A stretch of DNA of 64,000 bases from Paraspadella gotoi. Taxonomy: Eukaryota; Animalia; Chaetognatha. The translations under genes and the position numbers were made by a program. The notes below the pieces were generated by a model that saw only the letters and a program-made list of their open reading frames with translations, was not told the origin of the DNA and searched no databases. The DNA lies in the NCBI GenBank assembly GCA_051294375.1, contig CM119271.1:15692770-15756769 (forward strand). Reading direction: 5' to 3'. The stretch's first letter is position 1. Each line of letters starts with the position of its first letter. Positions 32,293 through 46,478 of this stretch are shown piece after piece.

Positions 32293-33243
32293 AACATCAG
32301 CTTGCGAATAACATAATTCCGCCTCCAACAGCTACTTCTACTAGGAAGCCTTGTACAAAAACAAATCCATGCCGTCTTGTCCCTAGCATCCATGCGAATC
32401 CGCTCAGCCTTGAGCGCTGCTGACTTGTTGGAGCCCTTGAGATCCAAGATTGATGAGGTTTTGTGGGGCGCGGGCCACAGGCAGCATTTTTAGAAATGCG
32501 ATAAGGTCACTATTTTCCCCCCGTTTTTAGGCATCCCCTATTTAATAATAAAAAGGTTTAACCAAACCGGGTGATAATAAAAAAACGGTCGCAAAAAATA
32601 TAACTACAATTTGTTATTATACATGATTTTTTATATATTAGAGCCTTACTTTTTTAAATAAAATGCTGAGAAATCAATTTTTCAATATGAATAGTTGCGT
32701 TAATAAAAAATGTTCAAAAAAGAAAAAAAAACTATTTAGAAGAATAAAAAACAGCATAAATACTGTCAATTCGTTTTCAATGGGATTTATATCCATTTTT
32801 GCTTGAACATAATGAAACACTTTTTCTCGAAATAAAGCAGTAAATTCAACAGGATCACCCGTCAATAAAAAATAATACAATTTTAAAACACAACAAGATA
32901 GTATAAAATCTAAAAATTTAAAAAGTACAAAAAATTATTGAGATGAAAATTCCCATCACCCTCCCCTCCCCTACATCTCGAACAGATTGATAAGGCCTTC
33001 ATATCAAATACAATCGACTTTTGAAAAACCAATTTGATTAAATTTAAAACAATGAGTATTGCCTTTGACTAGAAATTTCTGCATTTATGTCGATACAGAT
33101 TACATTTCAACAATGTAACGTTAAAAATGCTAACCCCTAATAATATTAAAGAAGAATATGGAAAAATATAAAAATTTCATTCGAGGTAATAAGTACCTGG
33201 AATAAAGTTTTTTTTTGGTTTTTGGTTTTTTTCTGTCAGATCA

Positions 33244-34035
33244 TCACAAATAATGGAGCTTGTCCTCCAATTTTAAATGGGTACGTCGTCCCTTCATTTT
33301 TTCCCCGACCAAGTAGGCCAGCTTGTGGGCGTACTGAGTTGGGGCAGGCACCTTTATGGTGCCCTGCCAGTTATAATACATGTGCGTCAACTTGTGCGCC
33401 AGGATTTGATGGCGATAAACGGAGATGTCGGCATTGTTCCAAATGATATTATAATGCGTGGGCGTGACGGTGCCCCTATTCACCGACTGGGAAACGACGA
33501 AGAAATCCTGATACTCTGGCTTCGTTACGGTATCGTTGATCACCGTCCCAGCGGAGACGTTTTTAAATTGGCCATTCTCCTTGAGAAAAAACCTGAAAAA
33601 AGGAAGAGAGAGAGATTTTCATTTCATCTCAAATGAGATTAAGATAATTAATAAATGGATGAATGGATGAAGAGAAAAAATTCATGAAAAAAATTCATTA
33701 ACAAAAATATAGGCCTATAAAATATATTCCTACCTCTGTGGAATTCGCTTCGTGACTACAGTGTAAGCCAATCTCAGCTTTTCAAAGGTCAGGTCTTTCC
33801 ACGCACGTTCCAAAGGCGCAACCTCTTGGTCTTTAATGATCTGCGAGGTGTTTAAAGATATTTTTAGTTAAATACTTATTTTCACTATGGAGAGACAGTG
33901 CATAAGAAACAAAATTTTTTTATAAATTTTTTGCCATATATTTCGACTTAATTTCTAAGTCATCATCAGTGGCTGAAAGAGACAAAACAAGAAAAGGTAA
34001 TAAATATCAAAAAATAAAAGAAAGGTTTACCATTA

Positions 34036-34071
<36 letters not shown>

Positions 34072-37000
34072 TGTGTGTGTAAGTCAAAAGTCAAATTGAC
34101 CAAATGACCAAAAACCCAAAAACCCTTTCTTGGGTTTTTGGTCATCTGGTCAATTTGACTTTTGACTTACACACACACTCTCTCTCTTTCTCTTTCTCTC
34201 TCTCTCTTAATGGTTAACCTTTCTTTTATTTTTTGATATTTATTACCTTTTCTTGTTTTGTCTCTTTCAGCCACTGATGATGACTTTGAAATTAAGTCGA
34301 AATATATGGCAAAAATTTATAAAAAAATTTTGTTTCTTATGCACTGTCTCTCCATAGTGAAAATAAGTATTTAACTAAGCATTCTACTAGTGCATGTGAT
34401 GACATTAAAGCAATGTTTAAAAATATATTTTCACCAAATTTTATATTATATATTTTAATTGTTTTATTAAGTTTAACAAGGTTTTATACCAAATATTTTT
34501 TATTATCTTATAAATAAATACGTACCCTAAGCTGTCCTTCGCCAACTCCGTCTCGGTAAACCAAAGTCCTGTTTGGAAGGGCGCCGTTGATTTCCTTATA
34601 ACGCTTCCAAGCTTCCGTCATCAGCGACTCGGCGCTCGGGAGGAGCTCGTCGCTTAGAAAGTTTTGTTCACGCGTCGTTGACCAGTATCTGTGTGAAAAA
34701 TATGAGGGTTAAAGGATTCTGGCCGACCGGGATAATCGGATATTCTAATGCGTAAGGTCTTTGAACTGGCTAATGGGTATGGTTGGTTGAAGCATCCATC
34801 GAACTTTCATTTCCATTCGCACGATTAACTTAATTTCCAGATCAATAACACACTTACCCACCACCCTCCACTTTATATTCCCCAAAAAGTTCATCCGGCC
34901 TCATTAGCACAGTCACAGTTTCTAAAACGCCTTCGACTGTTTGTCATGATGGAAGGCAAGCAATAATTTTCTCCAAACTTATTCACCCATTTAAAAGTTG
35001 CCTTTTAAGTTTTCACCAAGGAAAAGACGTTTTGTTTCCCCTCACCTGCCCCAGTTATTGTCCATTGTGGCGACGAAACCGAGGACGGACTTTTCCTTCC
35101 GCTTTGGGTCGTGATAGACGTCGATTCCGACGACCATTGTCCCCTTCAAAGGGACCTTGATCGTCCATGGGATCCCGCCGAGTTTCGCCTGCATCTGGAT
35201 GACGATCTTCCTCGCGATGGAGGGGAGGTTCCGGTCGGCCTTTGATGAAGACAATTTCGTCAAGAAGATAGTCTAAAGACTTAATGTTTACCGATGCATA
35301 ATATTTAGTTATTATTTGATTATTTGATTTATATAATTGTATTCTAACACCTGGCGAGACAAAAAAGAGAATAATTGGAAACGGGGATGAGTTTCGTTGA
35401 GTTCAAAGACCCAAAGACCACCCAATGGGTGATAATCAAGAGTTTTTTAGTTGGTACGGGTCATTGGGAAAACTATCATGACCAACAAACAGGAGAAATA
35501 ATTAAATAAACAAATCCTTTTCTCGTAATTGAGAAAGGAAAAAGAAATGGGACCTGTCTAATCTTCGGCGTGATCACGATCATCTGCGAGGGAATCCCGA
35601 ATTCGCAGGAAAGAACGTTTTTGCAGGCGGTGTAAGCTTCGTGATTTTTGCTCGGCAAGAAAACCACCACCATGCTTATGGACTCGTTTCTGGATTCAAA
35701 AAAATATCAATTTACGAAATTTTATCAACGTCAGAAATTGTTTAATTGGCGATTCTTTTAAATACCTACCTGGGGTCTCGACACAGAGCTCTGACAGCCT
35801 GAACATAATCGTTCCCTTTCACCGACGGCAATCTCGTCTCCATAACTGCTTCGGGCAAACTGAGGGGGTGAGGAGGTGAAATCGGAGTAAACAAAAAGCC
35901 ACAAAATGCTACGACACATCGTTCGATAAGACAGACTACACAATGAAATTAAAAGGAAATCCTAAAATAAGTAAAATTTAATTATTTTATTTTAAAAAAA
36001 ATTTAAAAAAAATTATTTTCATTAAAAAAAATTATATATTTTTTAAACAACCATACTGAAAAATTAATTTACTCGAGTTTCATGTCTCTAGCGAATCTCG
36101 TCATGAGGGCGACGAAATTGTGCAAGGGTTGCTGATCCCTGGCGGGAAGGACGAGCGCCCACCGGCCGAACAACCGAGGATCGAACAGAGATTTTGAATT
36201 CATATCCCTGGACCAGTCGGCGACGTCGCGAGGATAGGAAGGATTGGGGCTAATGGAAAGATCGATCGGTTTTTCCGCGCAACTACGGTTGAAATGAAAA
36301 GACAATCAATTAATTAGCTAATGCTTAATTAATTAGCATTGTACCTGGCCAAGGATAAAACAAGAAAGGGCGTTATCAACATGTTGCGCTGGATTTACAT
36401 ACATCATTAATTATTTATGTTAATTATTTTTAAGTGATCCCATAACTGCTGAAGTTTTTTTAAAACCCGAGTACAAAAGGGGTATTTTGCAACATGACCA
36501 GACTATCAAATATCTGTCAAATACAATGTAAATGGGAGAGACAGACTAAAAGAACTTGTCAACAACTACTACTTCACCCGATATAGATTGTCTCCGCTTT
36601 AAGTTGCCGAGGGTTTTCGACTCTAACCAACTCTTTGTCAACGCGAACGCCCCAAGGTTCCAGTTCTGCTTTCGCTTTGGGATTTTCCAACCCATGAACG
36701 ATTTGGCGATACTTGGCGACGCGATCGTTGACCTCCGGTCGCGTCGTGCTCTGTCGATTCGTATTATCAATTTAAATGAAGACGAATTATAATTATAATT
36801 ATAATCATAAACGCCCGTTTTATAAACAGCCCTAACGTTGCGTTGCGAGACCGACCTGTGTAACCTCACCAGTGGCTGGCCCCAAGATTGGCGGGGCCGG
36901 TGATGAGTTAGGAAAATTCAAAGGGCCTTTGTGTCTCAATTAATTGGGTATAAGTGTATAAGTGTATAAGTATATATGTATAAAACATGCATGAGAAGCG

Positions 37001-40000
37001 TCTCTTGGTACATGACTATTGACTAATCTGTTCCATCTGCCAAGTCCCATGAGTTAATGTCTCCGATTTATAATTTTATACTTATTATATAAATGAGACG
37101 GCCAGATTAACAGGGATAGCAACGCTGAATGAACAGTAAAGACAATAAAAGGACAACTTGCCATCAGCGCGTTCTGCAGTGAATAATCCTCTCGCATCTG
37201 CTGAGATTGTCCAGTGAGAAAGGAGAGCTCGGGCATGAGGTCCAATTGCGGTTTCCGTCCGCGTCGCTCGGCTTCCCTCTTCTCCGATCCTTTAAGCCGA
37301 TGTACGATGAGGGGCTGTTGCGGGTGTACGTTTATATTGTAACGTTGTCTGCCGAATAAAGCGGTTAGAGGGCGTTAGATGTTTTGGTCAATTTGTGGAA
37401 GACGATGCACACAGGCTCCCGAACTTCGGATCGGGCTGTTTTCCTCACTACAGGTGGGTTAGACGCCCCGTCGCGCTTTTAATTGTGCGAATCAGCATAA
37501 ACGAACCCGAGTCCTTTGGGTTGGGAGGAGCTCTTACTACCCTGATTCTCGAACGAGTAGCAGGGTAGGAATTACTACCAGCTACAACTTCCCAAAAAAC
37601 TATTGTTTAACGATATAATACTGACTTGTAATATTCGATGTAGGTGATTGGTTCGCCGTCTTTATCAAACTTGTTTCCCGGATTCTTGTCAAAGTCGAAA
37701 TCGTCGATTTTGTATGTTTTATTGTTGTAACGACACAAAACTGACATCCCGACAAGCTCCAGCCTGATTCTCCGGTAAGCTTCGTCTCTTCCCATTCTTT
37801 GAACCAATTCTCTGATATAATCTAAAACCGTCTCTTGGCGCAGAACCTGAAAGAGATCGAAACGTAAGAGATAATCAAAGTTCCACGTGGGCAAAGTTAT
37901 GTTAAGACATACGAGCCACCGCGCCCCTCGGTTCCACCTTCGACTCGTAGTCCAGCACGCACAACAATCCTCCCGTGTAGTTGTCGATCCTGGTCGAGCA
38001 GCCGGGCGCCACGTGGAGACGATACTGGCGGAAGTTGACTTCGGATCGTAGATCGAGCAAATAAAAGTTGCGGCCGATTTGGGTCTGACCCAACCGAGAC
38101 TGGGCCTGGCGCAGCAACACGTTGAGCATCTGCTTAGTCGTGGGCGAGTTGATGGGAAGCATGGCTCTGCGGCGCACGAGCATGGAGACCCTCTGACCCT
38201 CGAAATTCCCGACGATGGTCGTCTCTTCTTGCGGCGTCTGGTGACGAGACCATCCGTTCATCCCGTCGAAGGAAATAGGAAAGGGAAACTGAGGAGCGAC
38301 GAAATCGCGGACGAGTTGTCGTCGCTGACGAGTCGAGTCCTGGCGTCGAGAAAAACATTTAAGAAAGAGATGTTTAACTCAAGAAAACTATGGAGTTGAT
38401 TGTGAAGATATGACCCCCTTTCCCCCTTATTTATTTTGTTTGCCTTTTTGTTTTACCATTTCTGCCGAAAGTTGGCTTTTCTTTTCTTTATGAGATTTCA
38501 CTCCTCTTTCTTTTCTTACCAGATATTCTAGGCCACATAGATAATTTAGGCGCCCGTCACTAAACTGCCTTTTACGAGGCTTAGGAACCCTTCACGTCGC
38601 CATCTCGTCACCTTTGTTACAGTTTCTCAACACAGTTGTGACAAGCCGATAGAACGCCTAGAGAGACCCACACTTCGATAGCACTTGCACGGTTCTTTTA
38701 CATCGATTTACTCAGGCATGGAGTTGCACAGATGAGATGTCCGGGATACGTTTCCGGACCTTTGGGCTACACAAAAAAAGGGAATCAAATTTTTCCTTAA
38801 ATGACAGTTTTTTTAAAATTATATTAAAATTAGCTATATAAAATCAATAAAGTAGAATTAAAAAATTTAAAAATGGGTTTAAATTTGTTTTAAAAATAAA
38901 AAATATCATGCATCATCCATAATTCTATAAAATTTAACTTTCTTTGAGTCCATAACCATTATTCTATCTTTAAAAAATTAGTTTATTTGTAATTAATTTT
39001 TTATTATTTTTAATTATATTTTTTAATTTCCAAATAATTAAATTAAAAATTATGAACTAGCCAAATGATAGAAGAATTTTATATATATACAGGAGACTTA
39101 CCTACTAATAAGGCCTCAAATACATATAGTAGTAACAGTTTATTTATGATGATTTGAACATAGAATAAATAATCTTAAATAAAATTAAATATATGAAAAA
39201 AATTTTAACTTTGAATTTTTTTTTAGCAATAAACATAATTATTAATTAATTGTCAACGATGCTTAATAGCTACTGGTCAGTTTGTATTATTCTCAATTAT
39301 AATATTTATAACTTTTTTTATTTTTAGTAATACTGACTGCTATATTTACTTACTGTTTGACAAAATCACCAAAAATTACTGGTATTACAAATTAATGTAT
39401 GAAACAGACGAAACTTTTTTAAAATCACATGCTATTTAATTGTTTGAAGCTGATATAATATTATCCTTGACGAACAATTTAAAAGTTTTAAACAATCCCA
39501 ACTAAGAATTTTTAGCGCCAAAAGTGTAGGTTGTTTAAAAAAACTGCAAGATGCCAAAAGTGAATAAAAAAAAAGTTATTTTCTTGAATATTCTTTGAAA
39601 AAAAAAGAGGTAGCAGGTTGGGTGATGGTATCAATTAAAAGCCTAAATCATAGGAATATTTCTAGAAACAGTTTATGTTAAATTTTATCATAATCTCTTA
39701 CACAGTTTTTATTAAAAGAGTTAAAGTATAACAGTTTTTGCATTACACAATTTCAATGAAGGCAATATAAAATTTTTGTGTTTCTTATTGAAATTAAAGA
39801 GGAAATCTGGAATTACATTTTAATTCCATTAAAATTTTATCTCTAATACTTAATAAATTTTGGCTTGTATTTATGTTAGTTAAAAGTAAAAACAAGCAAA
39901 AATTTGGTAGTAGGCTTGATAACAAATGTTTCTTTTAAATAAAAAATGATAAATAATAAAATGTTTTCCAGCTTGATAATACAGTCTGGACGTCTACCTT

Positions 40001-43000
40001 TCTTGTCTGCTGAAAAAAATAATCATTTTCATATCTTTAACTGCAAAGAAAAAGCCTTGATTAATACTGCCTTGTTGATCATCAATAAAATTTTTTAAAA
40101 ATTACTTAACTGCTGACATATTTGACAAAGCAGACAATCATTGTGTTGAATTGTATTGATATATTTCTTTTAAATATAACAACCTTTAAAGGGAATTTAA
40201 ATTCTATTATTTATCAATTCCATTTTAATTAAGAAAAAAAAATTCGCGGAAAAGGGTTTCATTGAACGACTTAATGATTTGCATGTGTGTTAAGTTTCTT
40301 TACAGCCCCATTACGCAACAGACATAAAAGTCATATTATATGTCACTAATGTACAGATTTCTCTGACCCTTTATGCCACCCTGAATTCTGAATTTTCTTT
40401 TTTCGCCTTTTCTAAATGTAATTAAATTAAAAAAATTATAGGAGAGACGATCAGCATGGGAATACCTGTACAGCTTAGTTACCCCACTATGCCCGAACAA
40501 TTTTTAACAAGTTGTTTTTTTTCATCATTCTAGGCTAAATCTAATCTATTGGTACTATTTTATTTTTAAATTTTTACATCTCTTTCGCGGTATCAAAAAA
40601 AACGTTTTGCGTGTCAACAAAAGATTATAAGAAAAAAAAGTAAAACGTTTTCAAAATATAAAAAATCTATAGAGGAATGCTACTATAAACTTAACAAATA
40701 TACTGATGTTATATGTGTTAGAACTTGATGCCACACTCCAAATAAAAAACCTGTTAAATATACTGCGTTTCTGATCATTTAAAAGAGGCTACTGAATAAG
40801 TTAACTACAAAGCAGGTCGAATACATAATATTTATAACATTTGACAACCTAATACATGTTTAGTGGGATTGTTTTAAAAACTTTTTTAAATTTTGTCCAA
40901 AGATAATATTTATATCAGTTTTAAAACAAAAATAGCATGTGATTTAAAAAATTTCGTCTGTTTCATTACATAATTTTTCTAATACCAGTAATTTTTGGAT
41001 TTTGTCAAAAGTAAGCTAAAGTATACATCAGATCAGTATTCTAAAATAAAAAGTTATAAATATTATTATAATTGAGAATGAATACAACTGACCAGTAGGC
41101 TATTAAAAGCATCAATGAACAATTAATTGAATAGTATGTTTATTATGCTAAAGAAAATTCACAAGTTTAAAATTTTTTCATATATTTAATTTTATATTAT
41201 TTATTACTAGTCAAACATCCATTATAATTAAACTGTACTATTATAGTGTATTTGAGAGCCTATATTAGGTAGGTAAGTCCCATTATAATAGTAAAAATTT
41301 TTCTGTCTAATTCATTTGGCATAGTTATAATTTTTTTAATTTAAATTATTTGAAAAAAATTAAAATACTATTTAATAAGAAAATGAATACAAATAAACTA
41401 TTAAAGATAGAATAATGGTTATGACTCAAACGAGAGAAAATTGTTATAGATTATGGATGATGCATGATATTTCATTTTTAAAAAATTTAAACCATTTTTA
41501 AATTTTTTTATTCACTTTATTGATTTTATATAGTAATTTTAATATTAATCTATAATAAAAAACCTGTCATTCAGGAATAAATTGATTACTCTTTTTTGTG
41601 GCCAAAGTCTCCGGAAAACTATCCCGGGACATCTCATTCTTGTGCACTTCCATCGCCGATAAATCGATGTAAAAAGAGGAACCGTGCTGGTGGATGCGGT
41701 TTGTGGTCAGACTATAGTCTCCGTCATAGACTTGTGGACGGACTCGAGTGACGACACCCTCGTCGACCACACTCGATGACGACATCCTCGGCGACCAGCG
41801 GTCCACGGCGCCAATTCGCGGCGTTCTTGGGCCTACGAGGGACGTGGAGGACAACTCTCCTCCGTCGCGGCACGACGGCGGCGAAGCAGAGGCGACTTCA
41901 CGTGCACGCCACCAAGACTGTACTTACATATGATACATTGATATTAAAAAAAGTTTTTATTTAATGAGACTTCTATGCATCATAAGCTAATTATTTATTT
42001 TCAAAAGATTAGAAAGTTTTTTTTTAATATAATCAGTGGCTGAGAAAAATATTTTTATAGATTTAAATAAGCCTTAATTGCCTGTTATGAAACTTTTTTA
42101 TAGTTAAATTACTAAGCAGGCCTTGACATCGATAAAACTACCAAGCACTTCTTTGAGAGACTGTTTGCCTTCAGCGCGAGAATGGCGACTTGCATCTCAA
42201 AAGTCACGTGATCGACCTGCCACCTCATATAGACAAAATCGCTTGAGTGATTGACATTTTTTTGCCATTTTAATTACTTTTTTTCTATATTTTTTGGGGG
42301 TTAACTTCTTATCAGTTTTTGAAACCTTTCTTGGACTTTTTAGTTTTCCACCTGATTGGGAGAAAATTCGACGACGTAAGAGTAAAGGGTGAAGTCGCCG
42401 GCGGAAGAGGTGACTCGGTAGGCGTTGGTGTAAACTTCCGAGAGAGACTTGCTCGAGTCACGTGCTTCACTGTCTGTCACAGTTTTACGTTCATCAACCT
42501 GGAAACAAAAACAAATTAATGCATAAACGATTAAAATATTTTAATAACTTACGCGATTTTCGAGTTTATTAACTATATTAACTGTAATTGCATTGATAAG
42601 TAACAGGCACTTTCGCTTTTTTTTTTTAAATTATGATTTTAACAAATATTGCCAAGTCGCTCCTCAGTCCTCACCATTTTTATAGTGGCGAAAGAGGCGC
42701 ACTCTTTAAGTTGGTCGATCGATTTTCCTATGGACATCGGCCTCTGAGCATCCTTTCCCGCGAATAACGAGAGTCGCTCCAGGGCTTCCGCGAGTTTGCC
42801 CGTCGGCTTTCGATCGCCCTGGGAATGCGCAGCGCCACGATGCGCGCCACGTGACGCGGCTTCTGTGCCAGATGGAACGGCTTCGTCACCGCGAGGAGCA
42901 GCTTCAGCGCCGCGAGGAGCACCTGCGGCACTGCTTGGAGGTTCGCCACGGTGTCCGTTGCCATTCTCTTCTCTTCGTACGTTGCTATTTGGGGTCACCG

Positions 43001-43632
43001 CCGGAGAGGGACGCTGCGACGAATCAAATCCAGGTGGAGCCCCTCCTCCTTGGGGGCGGCCGTTCCCATTTGGGTTACCATTGGGGTTTCCGCCCCAAGG
43101 GAAACGAGGGGCCTCCGTTTCTGGCCTATAAATTATCATTATTATTATTATTATTATTATAGTATAATAACGTTGTCAAAATGATTAAAGCTTACCATAA
43201 ATATATCTAAGCCTATACTAGTTATTAATACAAGCGGTTAATAACTATGATCATATGTCGCTTTTAACTTACCTGAGCAGGTCTAACGCCATTTGACCCA
43301 TATCCCGGCGGCGGACGAGTCGTTTGTCCGAGAGTAGGAAATCCTTGGGATCCCTGGGAGCCAAATCCAGGCGGTCTCTGTCCCGGGGATCCGGGCGGAC
43401 CGAATCCGGGCGGTCTTTGACCCTGGGATCCCTGCGGCGCGGGTCCGGGCGGCGCAGATCCCGGCGTAGCAAATCCAGGGGGGGCAGATCCAGGCGGTCG
43501 AGCCCAACCCTGGCCCGGCGGGCGCGGTTCCTGGCCCGAAGCGCCGCCGACTTGTTGGGGCACGGGATTAGTGGGATCTTGTCTAGCGCGGCCTCGCGCT
43601 CTTCCTCGGCCTCTGGGCGGGTTATCCGACAT
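33244..43632 (-). CDS. PIWI: Piwi-clade Argonaute, about 14 exons; one apparent 1-nt phase conflict at exon 2
   Basis: N-terminal RGRGRARGRAR; PAZ RYNNKTYKIDD..ITYIEYYK; MID YTACK..IPSQ; PIWI VVGIDVYHD, SDELL, VYRDGVGEGQ, DFFVVSQSVNRGTVTPTHY, HKLTHMYYNWQGTIKVPAPTQYAHKLA..LHYL*. Catalytic D-E-D-H residues appear intact. Confidence 0.95.
33933..33973 (-). ncRNA. Minimal type I hammerhead-ribozyme motif, sense to the Piwi pre-mRNA
   Basis: gcca CTGATGA t gactta gaaat taagtc GAAA ta TA tggc: both core boxes, stem II, 4-bp stem I, palindromic ATAT in place of stem III. Confidence 0.6.
34270..34310 (+). ncRNA. Minimal type I hammerhead-ribozyme motif, mirror copy
   Basis: gcca CTGATGA t gactt tgaaatt aagtc GAAA ta TA tggc. 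Confidence 0.6.
37400..37545 (-). mobile_element. SINE-like family C, copy 2 (Piwi intron)
   Basis: Reverse complement cctcccaacccaaaggactcgggttcg...gacggggcgtctaacccacctgt...cagcccgatccgaagttcggg matches 15030-15190. Confidence 0.6.
38685..41690. repeat. Long imperfect inverted repeat (arms about 38685-39540 and 40840-41690) in the 4-kb Piwi intron
   Basis: For example atatcatgcatcatccataat (about 38902) versus attatggatgatgcatgatat (about 41450); many small indels between the arms. Confidence 0.85.
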
Positions 43633-43828
43633 CGCGAATTGAGAAATCAATTCGCGATGAAAAGCGAAAACAAGGTGGTTTTTTTTTCGTTTTAATCCTC
43701 TGTTTACTAAAAAAAACAAAAAAACAATAGTATAAAATTGGAAAAAATACGTAAAACCATCGGAAGGAATAACAAAAACATTAAACAATAGAGAAGGCGA
43801 AAAGAAAAAGAAAAAGACGCAATTTGTC

Positions 43829-45913
<2,085 letters not shown>

Positions 45914-46478
45914 CTTCAACTGAGTCTCTTGTATAAACTAAAGTATATATATACGTATGAAAGGTTTTTAAAACTTCGTCTTTTCCTTATAAAAAAACGT
46001 AATCGAACGAAGAAAATTTTAGTGAGAGAAAAAAACGTTAAAAATAGAAAAAAATGGTGATTGTAATTCAAGCTTAAGATGAAACGACATGACGTGACTC
46101 GAAAGTGACATAATGTAACATGAAAACGGGATAAACCGCTAAATCTAGGGCAGACCCGACGCGATAGGCGTATATCGCGTTCGTATATAAAACAACATAA
46201 TAGTAATAATAATGATCGCACGAAAGAGTCGAAGTAATAACGTAACGAAGTGAATGACATTAAACTTTGCTTCCGTCGATTGATCGATAACAATTAATAA
46301 AAAAAGACCAATGTCAATGAATCTCGAATACGAAATTTAATATTGCCGCGTGTGTAAAAAAAGACTAAGAAATAATCTACGTTTATAAACGCGAGAGACT
46401 AAAACTAAAACAAAGTTTTTTTGGTGATAGCTGTCACAGGCTTTTCAAAGGATTGTCACAAGTTTGAAAGGATTGAGG

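Larger units (their letters stand above)
33864..34378. repeat. 515-bp near-perfect palindrome (arms about 250 bp, 10-nt loop) in a Piwi intron
   Basis: 33864-34119 is the reverse complement of 34130-34378 apart from a few substitutions and microsatellite length. Confidence 0.97.

Noticed and set aside
31860-32500. Possible extra gene or RTE-like remnant between Piwi and SKA1 (hydrophobic frame VLRFLLRFLLLLL; frame with ARDKTAW)
   Set aside because: No start codon, splice chain or convincing domain; next to a gap, so unresolved.
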